Part shown: piece after piece, positions 27,735-36,633 of the stretch
Numbering within the stretch: the first letter of the stretch is position 1
How the letters are laid out: each line of letters opens with the position of its first letter
Source: Candidatus Veblenbacteria bacterium
GTDB taxonomy: Bacteria; Patescibacteriota; Patescibacteriia; Veblenbacterales; UBA10138
Direction of reading: 5' to 3'
Length of the DNA: 44,774 nt
Assembly: GCA_030700105.1 (NCBI GenBank)
Contig: JAUYKG010000004.1
Span: 1-44,774, forward strand
Translations under genes and position numbers: made by a program
Notes under the pieces: model-generated
Databases searched by the model: none
Told to the model about the DNA's origin: nothing
Seen by the model: the letters and a program-made list of their open reading frames with translations, nothing else

Positions 27735-28031
27735 TCAAATTCGCTTCACCAGTAATTGACCTCTAATTGCCTCGACCAAAAATTCCGCCGTAACCTTATA
27801 GGACTCTTGAAAATCAGCTGCTTGAATTACTTTTTTAAGCTGCTCTAACTTTACAATTAATTTATCTTTATCTTCAATTTGGTAGTTAGAAATAATATTA
27901 CTAATTTTATTTAACCTATCAACCACTTCATTATCATTTACTTCTTCCGCGGCTCTTATAATATTATCCAGTTCGTCTTCTAGATTATTAATTTTTTCTT
28001 CTTGAATTGGTATTTCGCTTTCATTAGTCAT
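27735..28031 (-). CDS. hypothetical acidic helical protein
   Basis: 98 aa, very AT-rich, lies between repeats C and B. Confidence 0.65.
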   Translation of the reverse strand: MTNESEIPIQEEKINNLEDELDNIIRAAEEVNDNEVVDRLNKISNIISNYQIEDKDKLIVKLEQLKKVIQAADFQESYKVTAEFLVEAIRGQLLVKRI

Positions 28032-28109
28032 AATTTGGAAGCTTTAATAATTATTTACTAAGATCAATTATATACCCAAAACCGCTCCTATGTGGAGCGG
28101 CTAAAATGC

Positions 28110-28148
28110 TGGCGGGCCCTGTGGAACGACGCTCGAACAATTGTTGAA
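28110..28148. repeat. att-like repeat B
   Basis: 36/39 identical to D; AAAATGCTGGCGGG and the CCGCTC/GAGCGG hairpin are shared with the tRNA-Trp 3' flank. Confidence 0.85.
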
Positions 28149-28218
28149 AGAAATTTTGCTAACTCTTGTAGAGGATGTTAGAACCATGATTATGGTGAAA
28201 TGTGTGACTCTAGTCTAA

Positions 28219-28854
28219 TTATTCCTCATCAAGCGGCTTGATCTCGTTTATGAATCGGAAATCTTCAGGAACGACACCCAACTTTGCAATCGGCCTCACG
28301 GCTGTTTCTGCCGCCCATTCGTCCACTAATTCTCCCTTATCATTAACGCCCTGCGCAAACGAGCTGTGGTCTAGAATGTAAACTGCGCCGCGTGTCCAGG
28401 GTTTTGCTTCAATCGCTTCTCGAGACATACGAAATTCATACTTGGCCTCCCCCGTTTCTGCATCGGCCTCATAACCACTTATAATCGCGCCGCGTATCTT
28501 AGTTCGGTCTCGAATGGCATAAAAAATGGGTAGCACAGAATCGGTTACCGCATACACAGCCTTTTTGTTTCCAAACTCCTTCGCGCCATCGTTCGTTTGT
28601 TGGGGTGCTAAAACCTCAAGGTTTTGATTTGAAGAACCGTGTAAGAGAAGGTGTTTTTCTTCAACCAAAAACTTTAGGAATTCTTCCTTAGGATAAGGAA
28701 GATTATAGTCAATAACAGCTATGGCTTCTTTGCTATGAGACTCGAAAAAATTCGAGTAGAGTTGGGCGAAATCGGCACGCCGCCTCACTTCCTCTTCTTG
28801 TCGTGCAGTTCCTTCCATACCCATGGCTTCTCTAGGATGCATAATAGCGTACAT
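28219..28854 (-). CDS. hypothetical protein (possible ADP-ribosyltransferase-like fold)
   Basis: 211 aa; LLHGS...L.P.Q...AVYA.....IF.AI...GAVY...EW. Confidence 0.7.
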   Translation of the reverse strand: MYAIMHPREAMGMEGTARQEEEVRRRADFAQLYSNFFESHSKEAIAVIDYNLPYPKEEFLKFLVEEKHLLLHGSSNQNLEVLAPQQTNDGAKEFGNKKAVYAVTDSVLPIFYAIRDRTKIRGAIISGYEADAETGEAKYEFRMSREAIEAKPWTRGAVYILDHSSFAQGVNDKGELVDEWAAETAVRPIAKLGVVPEDFRFINEIKPLDEE

Positions 28855-28928
28855 CGTGATCTAAACTTACAGGCTTAGCCTAACAGAATAAGCTAGTCTT
28901 TTCTATCTTATTTGTAAAGGGGTATACC

Positions 28929-28952
28929 AAAAGCCGCTCAGGTGAGCGGCTT
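28929..28952 (-). terminator. terminator after tRNA-Trp
   Basis: Minus strand AAGCCGCTC-ACCT-GAGCGGCTT-TT. Confidence 0.75.
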
Positions 28953-28960
28953 GAAAATGC

Positions 28961-29034
28961 TGGCGGGGGCGGTAGGAATCGAACCCACGTTACTGGTTTT
29001 GGAGACCAGAGTCCTACCACTGAACGACGCCCCC
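28961..29034 (-). tRNA. tRNA-Trp(CCA)
   Basis: GGGGGCG acceptor, CTGGT-CT-CCA-AA-ACCAG anticodon arm, GGTTCGATTCC, CCA end. Confidence 0.95.
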
Positions 29035-29058
29035 ACGCGCCAAGGCAACCAGACAAAA

Positions 29059-29214
29059 CTACTTGGTTTCCTTGTGCAGGGTGTGCTTTTTGCACCACTT
29101 GCAGTGCTTCTTTGTTTCCAACCGGTTCTTCACCTTTTTCTTATTCCGATAGGTGTGGTAGGTGATACGGTGGCACTCCGAGCACTCAAGCTTGACGAGG
29201 TTATCTTGTGACAT
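29059..29214 (-). CDS. rpmG: 50S ribosomal protein L33 (zinc-ribbon type)
   Basis: MSQDNLVKLECSECHRITYHTYRNKKKVKNRLETKKHCKWCKKHTLHKETK, translated by hand (below the ORF track cut-off). Confidence 0.95.
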   Translation of the reverse strand: MSQDNLVKLECSECHRITYHTYRNKKKVKNRLETKKHCKWCKKHTLHKETK

Positions 29215-29244
29215 AGGAAATATAAAATCAAAATAAAAAGATGC

Positions 29245-29319
29245 TGGAGCCAGCGGTCGGATTTGAACCGACGACCTACTGTTTACAAAACAGTTGCTCT
29301 ACCACTGAGCTACGCTGGC
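29245..29319 (-). tRNA. tRNA-Thr(TGT)
   Basis: ACTGT-TT-TGT-AA-ACAGT anticodon arm, CCA end. Confidence 0.95.
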
Positions 29320-29385
29320 GAGCATAGCTGGCTAAAAAATCCGACAGCTTCACAATGACCGACTTAACAATGAACTACTGTTACC

Positions 29386-29472
29386 TGGTGGGTGGGGAGG
29401 GATTCGAACCCCCGAAGCCACGAGGGCGACTGGTTTACAGCCAGTCCCGTTTGACCACTTCGGTACCCACCC
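29386..29472 (-). tRNA. tRNA-Tyr(GTA)
   Basis: ACTGG-CT-GTA-AA-CCAGT anticodon arm, long variable arm, CCA end. Confidence 0.95.
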
Positions 29473-29548
29473 TGGAGCCGTTGGCCGGAATTGAACCGGC
29501 GACCTACTCCTTACCATGGAGTTGCTCTACCAGCTGAGCTACAACGGC
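29473..29548 (-). tRNA. tRNA-Thr(GGT)
   Basis: ACTCC-AT-GGT-AA-GGAGT anticodon arm, CCA end. Confidence 0.95.
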
Positions 29549-29560
29549 AAGTTGTATTGG

Positions 29561-30502
29561 CTAACGCCTTCCGGTCGGCAAGTTAAAGCTGGTGCTCCCC
29601 TTACTACTCTTGGAGCGTTTTGGTTTTGTCTTGTGTTCAAGTTCGCGAATGGCGCGCGCGAACTCGGCTATCTTCTGATTCTCAGGATTTGCCTCCCGCA
29701 AGGCAGCCAAACCTTCCTGCGCCAGATTTGATTGCCCATTCAATATACTGACTTCTATGAAAAAGTCAAGAGTTTTGGGGTTCTGAGGCTCTATCTTCCT
29801 AGCCTCCTTAAGGTACTTGAGGGCGCTGGCCGCGTCCCCGAGCTCGCACAGTATATGTGCCAATTCCAACCTGGGCTGAGCCAGGCTGGTAAGCTGCATG
29901 GCGCCCAGATACTCATCACGCGCTTCTTCCAGCCTGCCCTGGCCCGAGGCCACCCGAGCCAAACCAAGACTGGAGGTGGCGGTGCGGCCTTGCTGCAATA
30001 GGTACTCGTATACCTCCCGGGCCGCTTCAAAATCACGCTGTTCCAGATACACCTCGCCCAGCCCTTGGTACGCTAGCAAATGGTGCGGATCCAAGCGCAA
30101 TACCTCAAGGTACGCCTCCTCGGCTGGGATGTACTTCTCCTGAGCCAACGCTTCTTCGGCGCGCCGAAGATAGTCGGCCATGGTGCGTTTGGGCGAAGTA
30201 CGCTCTAAAATACTTTGTTGCAGATGCTCCCCCAGTTCCCCCAGGCGCTGTGGTAAGGATCTGACTGTGCCTCTCTTACGCCCCGAGGACGAGCCGAAGA
30301 CGGCTACTACACGGCGGCCTAAAGTTACAAGTTGGCGCTTGAGGCGACCAGCCACTAGGTGCTGCTTCACCTCCTGCTCCCTGAACTTAACCACCTCAGA
30401 AGGATTAGTAAGCCGCAGTACCGGTAGCTTGCGTACCACCAAAGCGATAAGTCCTGCCAGACCGCCGAGAAAAAGGAGCCCCAGAACCGCGTCCAAAGCC
30501 AT
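29561..30502 (-). CDS. membrane-anchored tetratricopeptide repeat protein
   Basis: N-terminal TM; A...Y..VL.LDP....AY.GLG.VY repeats. Confidence 0.8.
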   Translation of the reverse strand: MALDAVLGLLFLGGLAGLIALVVRKLPVLRLTNPSEVVKFREQEVKQHLVAGRLKRQLVTLGRRVVAVFGSSSGRKRGTVRSLPQRLGELGEHLQQSILERTSPKRTMADYLRRAEEALAQEKYIPAEEAYLEVLRLDPHHLLAYQGLGEVYLEQRDFEAAREVYEYLLQQGRTATSSLGLARVASGQGRLEEARDEYLGAMQLTSLAQPRLELAHILCELGDAASALKYLKEARKIEPQNPKTLDFFIEVSILNGQSNLAQEGLAALREANPENQKIAEFARAIRELEHKTKPKRSKSSKGSTSFNLPTGRR

Positions 30503-30505
30503 AGC

Positions 30506-31360
30506 TTAACGCGCCAGGCGCCTGAGCTTTTGAACAGCCAAGGCTGTGAGGGCCGCCACCACTGGCCCAAACACCACCCGGGGGTCATATTCATTCCGCT
30601 GACGAGCAAGCTCACGCCGCATGGCCGCCAGATAGGCCAGCCTAAGCTCGGTATCAATGTTTACCACTGTTACCCCTAACTTGGCCGCCCGCTTGAGATC
30701 GGGCACAGGCACGCCCGAACCGCCATGCAGCACCAAAGGCACGCGCACGAATTCGTGAATGACTCGCAAGCGCTTAAAATCTATCTTGGGCAGTTTGCGG
30801 AACATCTTTATGGGCCCATGCAAAGTGCCTACTGCCACCCCCAGACTATCCACTCCGGTTAAACGCACGAACTCGCGCGCTTGTACTGGATCGGTCATAA
30901 GTTCGCTCGCCACCCGCAGGTGTGTGAGCCGGCGGCGTGGTACCAGCGCACCAACCTCGCCTTGCACCATCACGCGATGTCGTCGGGCAAAATCCACCAC
31001 CCGCTTCGTCAGCTGTACATTAGCCTTAAACGGGAGGGCTGAACCGTCTATCATCACCGAGGAAAAACCGGCACGAATAGCGCTGGCACACAATTTAAAA
31101 CTCCGGCCATGGTCCAGGTGAAGCCCCAGGGGCACACGGCCACCTGCTTCGTGGCTGGCCGCCCTTACCAGGGCTACCACCGTTTCCAAACCGAGGTACA
31201 CTATGGTCTTCTCGCTGATCTCGAACAACGTAGGGGCACCCACCTGGCGCGCGGCCCGCGCCACCGCCAACGTGGTCTCGGCGTTCATGGTGTTAAAAGC
31301 CACCACCAAGCGGTGCTGACGATAGGCTTGGGTGATAATTCGACGTACGGAGGTAAGCAT
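30506..31360 (-). CDS. fba: class II fructose-bisphosphate aldolase
   Basis: LHLDHG, GFSSVMIDGS, GTLHG, LVLHGGSG, NIDT. Confidence 0.92.
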   Translation of the reverse strand: MLTSVRRIITQAYRQHRLVVAFNTMNAETTLAVARAARQVGAPTLFEISEKTIVYLGLETVVALVRAASHEAGGRVPLGLHLDHGRSFKLCASAIRAGFSSVMIDGSALPFKANVQLTKRVVDFARRHRVMVQGEVGALVPRRRLTHLRVASELMTDPVQAREFVRLTGVDSLGVAVGTLHGPIKMFRKLPKIDFKRLRVIHEFVRVPLVLHGGSGVPVPDLKRAAKLGVTVVNIDTELRLAYLAAMRRELARQRNEYDPRVVFGPVVAALTALAVQKLRRLAR

Positions 31361-31365
31361 ACTAC

Positions 31366-32145
31366 TTAAAGTTTCTTCATCAAGTTGGTGAACCGCTTGG
31401 CCTCCAGACTGGCGCCGCCCACCAACACGCCGGCGAGCAGGCCTCGGCCCACGAAGTTACCGATGTTGACAGGGTCCACGCTACCACCGTAAATAATCCG
31501 TACCTGCCTCGCGATGGTGCTCTCCGAAAACACATCAAGCAAGGTGTGCCGAATGACAAGTGCTGTTTCCTGGGCCTCGTGAGTTTCCACCGCCTGCCCA
31601 GAACCTATCACCCACACTGGTTCATAGGCAATAACGAGCCCCAAACCGCTCGTGAGCGTAACACCCGCCAGGGCCGAAGCAACTTGACGCGCAATCACCA
31701 AATACTTCTGCCCGGTCTGACGCTCGGAAAAAGTTTCACCCACGCACAGCACCGGCGTAATCCCTTCAGCCAGGGTGGCTAGCACCTTCTGCTGCACCAT
31801 GGCGTCGGACTCTTTCAAAAATTGCCGCCGCTCCGAGTGGCCAATAATGACGTGCGTAACTCCCAGCTCTTTTAATACGCGTGCGCTCACCTCGCCAGTA
31901 TACGGCCCCACAGGCTTCCAAAATACGTCCTGCGCGCCCAAGCACACACTTTGGCGTTTAAGCACCTCCGCCACGGGCGCCAGCGCTGGAAAGGTGGGGC
32001 AAAGCACGAGTTCCAGATGTTCCTTGAGCTTAAGCTTACTGTAGGCCGCCGCCAGATTACGCGCCAAAACCACGCTCTCTTGCACCGAGAGATTCATCTT
32101 CCAATTGGCGAGTACCAGCGGCTTAGTGTGCGCCGTCGTGGGCAT
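31366..32145 (-). CDS. tpiA: triosephosphate isomerase
   Basis: ANWKMN, GHSERR, AYEPVW.IG, YGGSV, LVGGAS. Confidence 0.97.
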   Translation of the reverse strand: MPTTAHTKPLVLANWKMNLSVQESVVLARNLAAAYSKLKLKEHLELVLCPTFPALAPVAEVLKRQSVCLGAQDVFWKPVGPYTGEVSARVLKELGVTHVIIGHSERRQFLKESDAMVQQKVLATLAEGITPVLCVGETFSERQTGQKYLVIARQVASALAGVTLTSGLGLVIAYEPVWVIGSGQAVETHEAQETALVIRHTLLDVFSESTIARQVRIIYGGSVDPVNIGNFVGRGLLAGVLVGGASLEAKRFTNLMKKL

Positions 32146-32193
32146 AGAAAGAGTTCCTCCTCACTTAAGCTTAGGCGAATTCCAAGCTTCCAG

Positions 32194-32790
32194 CTAGCCC
32201 TTGGCCACGGGCTCGGTGGGAGCCGGCTCGCTAACTATCCCCACAATAGCCTGCCCCAAGTTCTCGTCGCGTGAGAGCGTATCATACTCCGGCAGCTCAC
32301 TGGTGGCGGACAAGCCTAGATAGCGAATAAAATCCACCGTCACCTGGTAGTGTGGTACTGGGCCATCCTCGCCCACCACCTCCACCAAACCGCGGATCAT
32401 GAGATTGCGCAGAATAAGGCTGCAGTTCACGCCCCGCACCTGCTCCAGTTCGGGCTTGCTCAAAGGGCCACGGTAAGCCAGTACAGACAAAGCTTCGAGC
32501 TGCGGGCGGGTAAGCTCCCCCAGCTCCTCGACTTTTAAGAACTGGCGCACGAGGTCGGAGTATTCCGGACGCGTGACCATAAGGGCCTCACCTTGGTGCA
32601 AAATAACCTCCAACCCGTGCCCGGCCTCGCGATATCGTTCATTAAGCTCTCGCGCCGCCGCTTCCACATCTCCCACGGTTACCCCGAGCATGTCGGCGAG
32701 CTTCTTAAGGGCGAGCGGCTTACCGGCGGCGAACAGGATACTCTCAAACTTGCCGCGCAGAGCTTCGGTTATTGGGGTGGGGGTCGACAT
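32194..32790 (-). CDS. scpB: SMC-Scp complex subunit ScpB
   Basis: ESILFAAG.P, LEAL...AY.GP....LEQVRGVN, F..YLGL....LP. Confidence 0.92.
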   Translation of the reverse strand: MSTPTPITEALRGKFESILFAAGKPLALKKLADMLGVTVGDVEAAARELNERYREAGHGLEVILHQGEALMVTRPEYSDLVRQFLKVEELGELTRPQLEALSVLAYRGPLSKPELEQVRGVNCSLILRNLMIRGLVEVVGEDGPVPHYQVTVDFIRYLGLSATSELPEYDTLSRDENLGQAIVGIVSEPAPTEPVAKG

Positions 32791-32792
32791 AG

Positions 32793-33497
32793 CTAGTTCT
32801 CTAGACGGGTAAGGTTAATATCTTGAAACAGCGCCGACTGTTCGGCAATGAGCTGTCGTTGTTTCACGAGCTCTAAGAGCGCCAGGAATGAAACTATGAT
32901 CTCGGTTTTGTCCTTAGCACCCTTAATCAAGCTCTGCCAGTTCAAGTGCGCCTTTTTTAGGATCATGGCCTTAAGGGCTTGTATTTTCTCCGTGATAGAA
33001 ATGACTTTTAGCAACGTAACTTGCGGAAGCTTAATAATTGGTTCAAGAGCGGCAATCACGCGCCCCAAAGCCTGCCGCAAACCATCGACACTCAAGTTCG
33101 GCGGTGGCCCTTCTGGTTCCTCGCGCTTTAGGATAAGGGGTTTTGGGCGCACCCAGGCCACGTGGCCCGCTCGCCACAACTTATCTATCGCCCGCCCGGC
33201 TGCTATAAAGCGCTGGTACAACCGTAACTGACGCTCAAGCTCCGAGGCCTCCTCTTCCCCGCCCAAATCAAGTGTAGGCAAGAGCAAGCGGGACTTAATC
33301 AGCAAAAGCTTGGCCGCCACCACCAGAAAGTCTGCCACCTCTTCCGGGTTCAGCTCTTCCACTTGCTTAAGGTATTCCAGGTACTGATCCGTTACCTGCG
33401 CCAGGGAAACCTCGGTAATATCAAGCTCCTCCTGTTCTATGAGCTGCAACAGGAGGTCTAGGGGCCCTTGAAACTTTTCTATCTTGATTTCGTACAT
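32793..33497 (-). CDS. scpA: segregation and condensation protein ScpA
   Basis: FQGPLDLLL.LI, FLVVAA.LL.IKSR.LLP, FLALLELVK. Confidence 0.94.
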   Translation of the reverse strand: MYEIKIEKFQGPLDLLLQLIEQEELDITEVSLAQVTDQYLEYLKQVEELNPEEVADFLVVAAKLLLIKSRLLLPTLDLGGEEEASELERQLRLYQRFIAAGRAIDKLWRAGHVAWVRPKPLILKREEPEGPPPNLSVDGLRQALGRVIAALEPIIKLPQVTLLKVISITEKIQALKAMILKKAHLNWQSLIKGAKDKTEIIVSFLALLELVKQRQLIAEQSALFQDINLTRLEN

Positions 33498-33510
33498 GAA
33501 GCCACCAAAC

Positions 33511-33990
33511 TCACTTCTTCTTGGAAAAATTCGCCAGTTTGCCCTCCACCGCTTTCAACAGGTCTTTGGTTTTCATATGCACCGACTCTTCAAAACTTCC
33601 GGCCTGCACCACTGCTTTCTGTGCTCGCATTACGGCCCTATCCACATACACCGGTAGCTTGTAGAGCGGTCCGTGGAAAGGCGAAAGCGCACCGGCTTTG
33701 ATCTTGAACAGCTTCACCATGGTGTTCTCGCGATCAATATCCACACTCTTGGCGCCAGTAACCTTCTTGAGAACCTTAAAATCCACCTGGCGCGAAGCAG
33801 GTAGTACTAGAATGGCATGGCCCTTGTCCACCTTAACCACCAGTGTTTTGGCAACCTCGCCGAGCTTGCGCCCCAGGGTTTGCGCCAGATCATAGGCCGT
33901 GTACACCGTACGGTGACCAATTATCTCATGCTTAATTTTGTTCTTTTTTAAAAAGTTCAAAACTTTGGCGGGTATTTTCATGTGGCGCAT
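33511..33990 (-). CDS. YbaK/EbsC (ProX-like) tRNA-editing domain protein
   Basis: H..VYTA..LA...AKTLVV, GALSPF. Confidence 0.85.
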   Translation of the reverse strand: MRHMKIPAKVLNFLKKNKIKHEIIGHRTVYTAYDLAQTLGRKLGEVAKTLVVKVDKGHAILVLPASRQVDFKVLKKVTGAKSVDIDRENTMVKLFKIKAGALSPFHGPLYKLPVYVDRAVMRAQKAVVQAGSFEESVHMKTKDLLKAVEGKLANFSKKK

Positions 33991-34011
33991 AAGCGTACGG
34001 GGGATTAATTA

Positions 34012-34278
34012 TTAGCTACCGATGTTGGCGATAATATCAAAAATAGGAACGTTGAAGGATTGCAGGATAATGAAGAAAATAATAATGAGCGCTAACCACA
34101 GAATAATCTTAAAAATAACGCTCGTTACCAATTTTAGTATGAAAGCCAGGATAACGGCCCCACCCAAGCCAATGGCCCAGGCCGGCAGGGTGCGCTCCAA
34201 ATCGGCCACAAATTCGGCTGGTAAGAACTTAATGACGAATCGACCAATAATCGTGAGCCAATTGAGTACGGTTTCCAT
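34012..34278 (-). CDS. small hypothetical membrane protein
   Basis: 88 aa, 2 TM, tightly packed in the operon. Confidence 0.65.
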   Translation of the reverse strand: METVLNWLTIIGRFVIKFLPAEFVADLERTLPAWAIGLGGAVILAFILKLVTSVIFKIILWLALIIIFFIILQSFNVPIFDIIANIGS

Positions 34279-34284
34279 AAGTGG

Positions 34285-34614
34285 TTAGTGGTTACTATTT
34301 ACTCTCTGCTTCTTAAGCCGCAACGGCAGCGCCTGTTGCTCGCCCAACAGCTTGCGCGCGATGCGCCGGCCGTCCGGCAGCAACCGCACCTCCTTAATGT
34401 ACCACTTCTCCCGCGTTCTGACACCGTAACCTACCATAAGCCCCTTATCTACGAGTGATTCCAAACTTTTGGTGATTATGCTCACCATATCACCTGCTTT
34501 AGGCTTTAACTTTTGCCCTTCGTAAAACCTGGCAAAGCCACCCCGCCCCACTACTTTAGCCGAAGAAGTGTAGCAAGCCCTTAGGAGATATTTTTGTAAC
34601 GGGGAGAGACGCAT
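34285..34614 (-). CDS. hypothetical basic protein (winged-helix-like)
   Basis: LSPLQKYLL, ITKSLESLVDKGL..GYG.RT..KW.I. Confidence 0.7.
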   Translation of the reverse strand: MRLSPLQKYLLRACYTSSAKVVGRGGFARFYEGQKLKPKAGDMVSIITKSLESLVDKGLMVGYGVRTREKWYIKEVRLLPDGRRIARKLLGEQQALPLRLKKQRVNSNH

Positions 34615-34618
34615 ACAG

Positions 34619-35173
34619 TTATATATAACCCTGTTTCTTAGCTACTTTAAACCAATCCTGTTTTAAAACCGCCAGAATAATGGAATCGTAAAACTTACCT
34701 TTCTTGCACAAGTTCTGGCGCAACAGCCCCTCTTTTTTGTACCCGCACTTTAGGCTGTAACGGGCGCTGCGCGGATTGTGCGGGAACACATGACTCACTA
34801 CCCTGTTGAGTTTGAGTTTTAGGAAAGCGTACTTCAGTAGCGCCATTTTCGCGTCCGAACCATACCCCTTGCCCCAGTACTTCTCATACGCGATGTAGGC
34901 TCCGGTAGTGGCCTTCTTGTTGTGGATATCAATGTGGTGCAGGCTCATCATGCCAATGGGTTCAGCCGTATCTTTCCGCTCAATAATGAAGTGCTTGGTG
35001 TATTTTATTTTGGTAACCATGTCGCGCACCTTCTTGCGCTCCTTAACCAAACTAATAGGAATTTCCACGCCCAGGAAACGGTTCAAACGTTTGTTGTTTA
35101 TCCAGCGATACAGCATCATGGTATCGCTCAGCCTTACCGGCCGCAGGCGCGTAGTTTTGCCTACCAGAACCAT
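34619..35173 (-). CDS. GNAT N-acetyltransferase (RimJ/RimL-like)
   Basis: YWGKGYG, N.RS.....KCGY..EGLLR. Confidence 0.88.
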   Translation of the reverse strand: MVLVGKTTRLRPVRLSDTMMLYRWINNKRLNRFLGVEIPISLVKERKKVRDMVTKIKYTKHFIIERKDTAEPIGMMSLHHIDIHNKKATTGAYIAYEKYWGKGYGSDAKMALLKYAFLKLKLNRVVSHVFPHNPRSARYSLKCGYKKEGLLRQNLCKKGKFYDSIILAVLKQDWFKVAKKQGYI

Positions 35174-35215
35174 ACTTTTCTCATAGTAACATTCGTACGA
35201 ACATTATAATGAAGA

Positions 35216-36631
35216 TTAACCTATATCTTTTATACCCAATTCTTTCAACTGCTCCTTGCTCACCTCCGCCGGCGCGCCCATAAGAGGATCGCGCACATCA
35301 CCAGTCAAAGGAAAGGCAATAACCTCGCGGATGTTCTTCTCGCCGCACAGAATTGAGACCAACCTATCCAAGCCAGGTGCAATACCACCGTGCGGCGGCA
35401 CGCCGTACTGGAAAGCCTCTATGAGGTGAGCGAACTGCTGTTTTTGCTCCGCGCTAAAGCCTATTAAATCCCAAATCTTTTCCTGAACTTTCGGATCGTG
35501 AATCCGGAGACTCCCCCCGCCTACCTCCAAACCATTCAGTACTAAATCGTGCTGGTACGAACGCGCCTTGCCCGGCTCGGTCTCTAGCAACGGCAAGTCC
35601 TCCTCTTTGGGGCGGGTGAACATGTGGTGCGATGGCGCCCATTTGCTAGCCCCAGAACCGTGAAAAAAATCCTCGTCCGACTGTTCAGTAAAGAGCGGGA
35701 AATCCACTACCCAGACAAAGGCCAGTTCATTAACATCATTCTTGTCCTGGCGCAGATCCGGCTTGTCGGTACCGTACTTTTCTACTACCTCGGCATGCTT
35801 TAGCCTGGGCCAGGGTTCGAAGGTGAGGTGCTTCTCCGGAAAAAGTTTTTTCACCATGGAAGTGAACATACTCTCCGTAATGACCAGGATATCGTCCTGG
35901 CTGACGAACGACATTTCCATATCAATCTGATAGAACTCCCCGGGGCTCCTATCGGCCCGGGCGTCCTCGTCCCGAAAGCAGGGCGCAATCTGGAAATAGC
36001 GCTCGAACCCAGCCACCATCAAGAGCTGTTTGTACTGCTGAGGCGACTGCGGCAAGGCGAAGAACTTGCCCTTATGAACACGAGAAGGTACCAGGTAATC
36101 GCGCGCGCCCTCGGGCGTGGATTTGGACAGCATGGGAGTCTGTATGTAAGTAAAGCCGTGATTCGTTAGGTAATCAATTACGTAACTAATTACGTTACTA
36201 CGTTGTTGTATATTCTTGGCCATACGCTCGTGCCGCAGGTCAAGGTAGCGGTACTTAAGCCTAAGCTCTTCCGAGGCTTGCCGGTCCTCGTTCTCTATTT
36301 CGAACGGCGGGGTTTTGGCGGTGTTTATTATTTCCAACTTCTCGGCTAATACCTCCACCTGGCCGGAGGGTAATTTATCGTTCTCACTGCCCGCCTTTCT
36401 GGCCTGCAGCTTGCCAGTAACCGCCACCACGTATTCGGGGCGAATTTCTTTAGCTGCTGCCAGCGTTTCCTCGCTTGCGGAGGGCAAAATAACTACCTGC
36501 ATTAAGCCTGTCCTGTCGCGCAGATCAAAAAATACCATTTTGCCGAGGTTTCGGCGCACATGCACCCAACCCTTAAGCAGGACTTCCTCGCCAACTTTTC
36601 CTATAGCTTCTGAAATAGAAATTCGCGACAT
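35216..36631 (-). CDS. aspS: aspartate--tRNA ligase (compact form lacking the GAD insertion)
   Basis: LRLKYRYLDLR, TPEGARDY, LPQSPQQYKQLLM, CFRDED, PPHGGIA.GLDR. Confidence 0.96.
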   Translation of the reverse strand: MSRISISEAIGKVGEEVLLKGWVHVRRNLGKMVFFDLRDRTGLMQVVILPSASEETLAAAKEIRPEYVVAVTGKLQARKAGSENDKLPSGQVEVLAEKLEIINTAKTPPFEIENEDRQASEELRLKYRYLDLRHERMAKNIQQRSNVISYVIDYLTNHGFTYIQTPMLSKSTPEGARDYLVPSRVHKGKFFALPQSPQQYKQLLMVAGFERYFQIAPCFRDEDARADRSPGEFYQIDMEMSFVSQDDILVITESMFTSMVKKLFPEKHLTFEPWPRLKHAEVVEKYGTDKPDLRQDKNDVNELAFVWVVDFPLFTEQSDEDFFHGSGASKWAPSHHMFTRPKEEDLPLLETEPGKARSYQHDLVLNGLEVGGGSLRIHDPKVQEKIWDLIGFSAEQKQQFAHLIEAFQYGVPPHGGIAPGLDRLVSILCGEKNIREVIAFPLTGDVRDPLMGAPAEVSKEQLKELGIKDIG

Positions 36632-36633
36632 AG

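Noticed and set aside
27002-28148. CRISPR or classical integron attC reading of the ~39-bp repeats
   Set aside because: Spacing is 444-851 bp with whole genes between; no cas or intI gene; no attC RYYYAAC...GTTRRRY structure
28880-29537. ORFs 28880-29098, 28942-29211 and 29355-29537
   Set aside because: Shadows of the tRNA genes and rpmG
35192-35201. TTCGTACGAA palindrome upstream of the GNAT gene
   Set aside because: Only 10 bp perfect; expected by chance in a window this size
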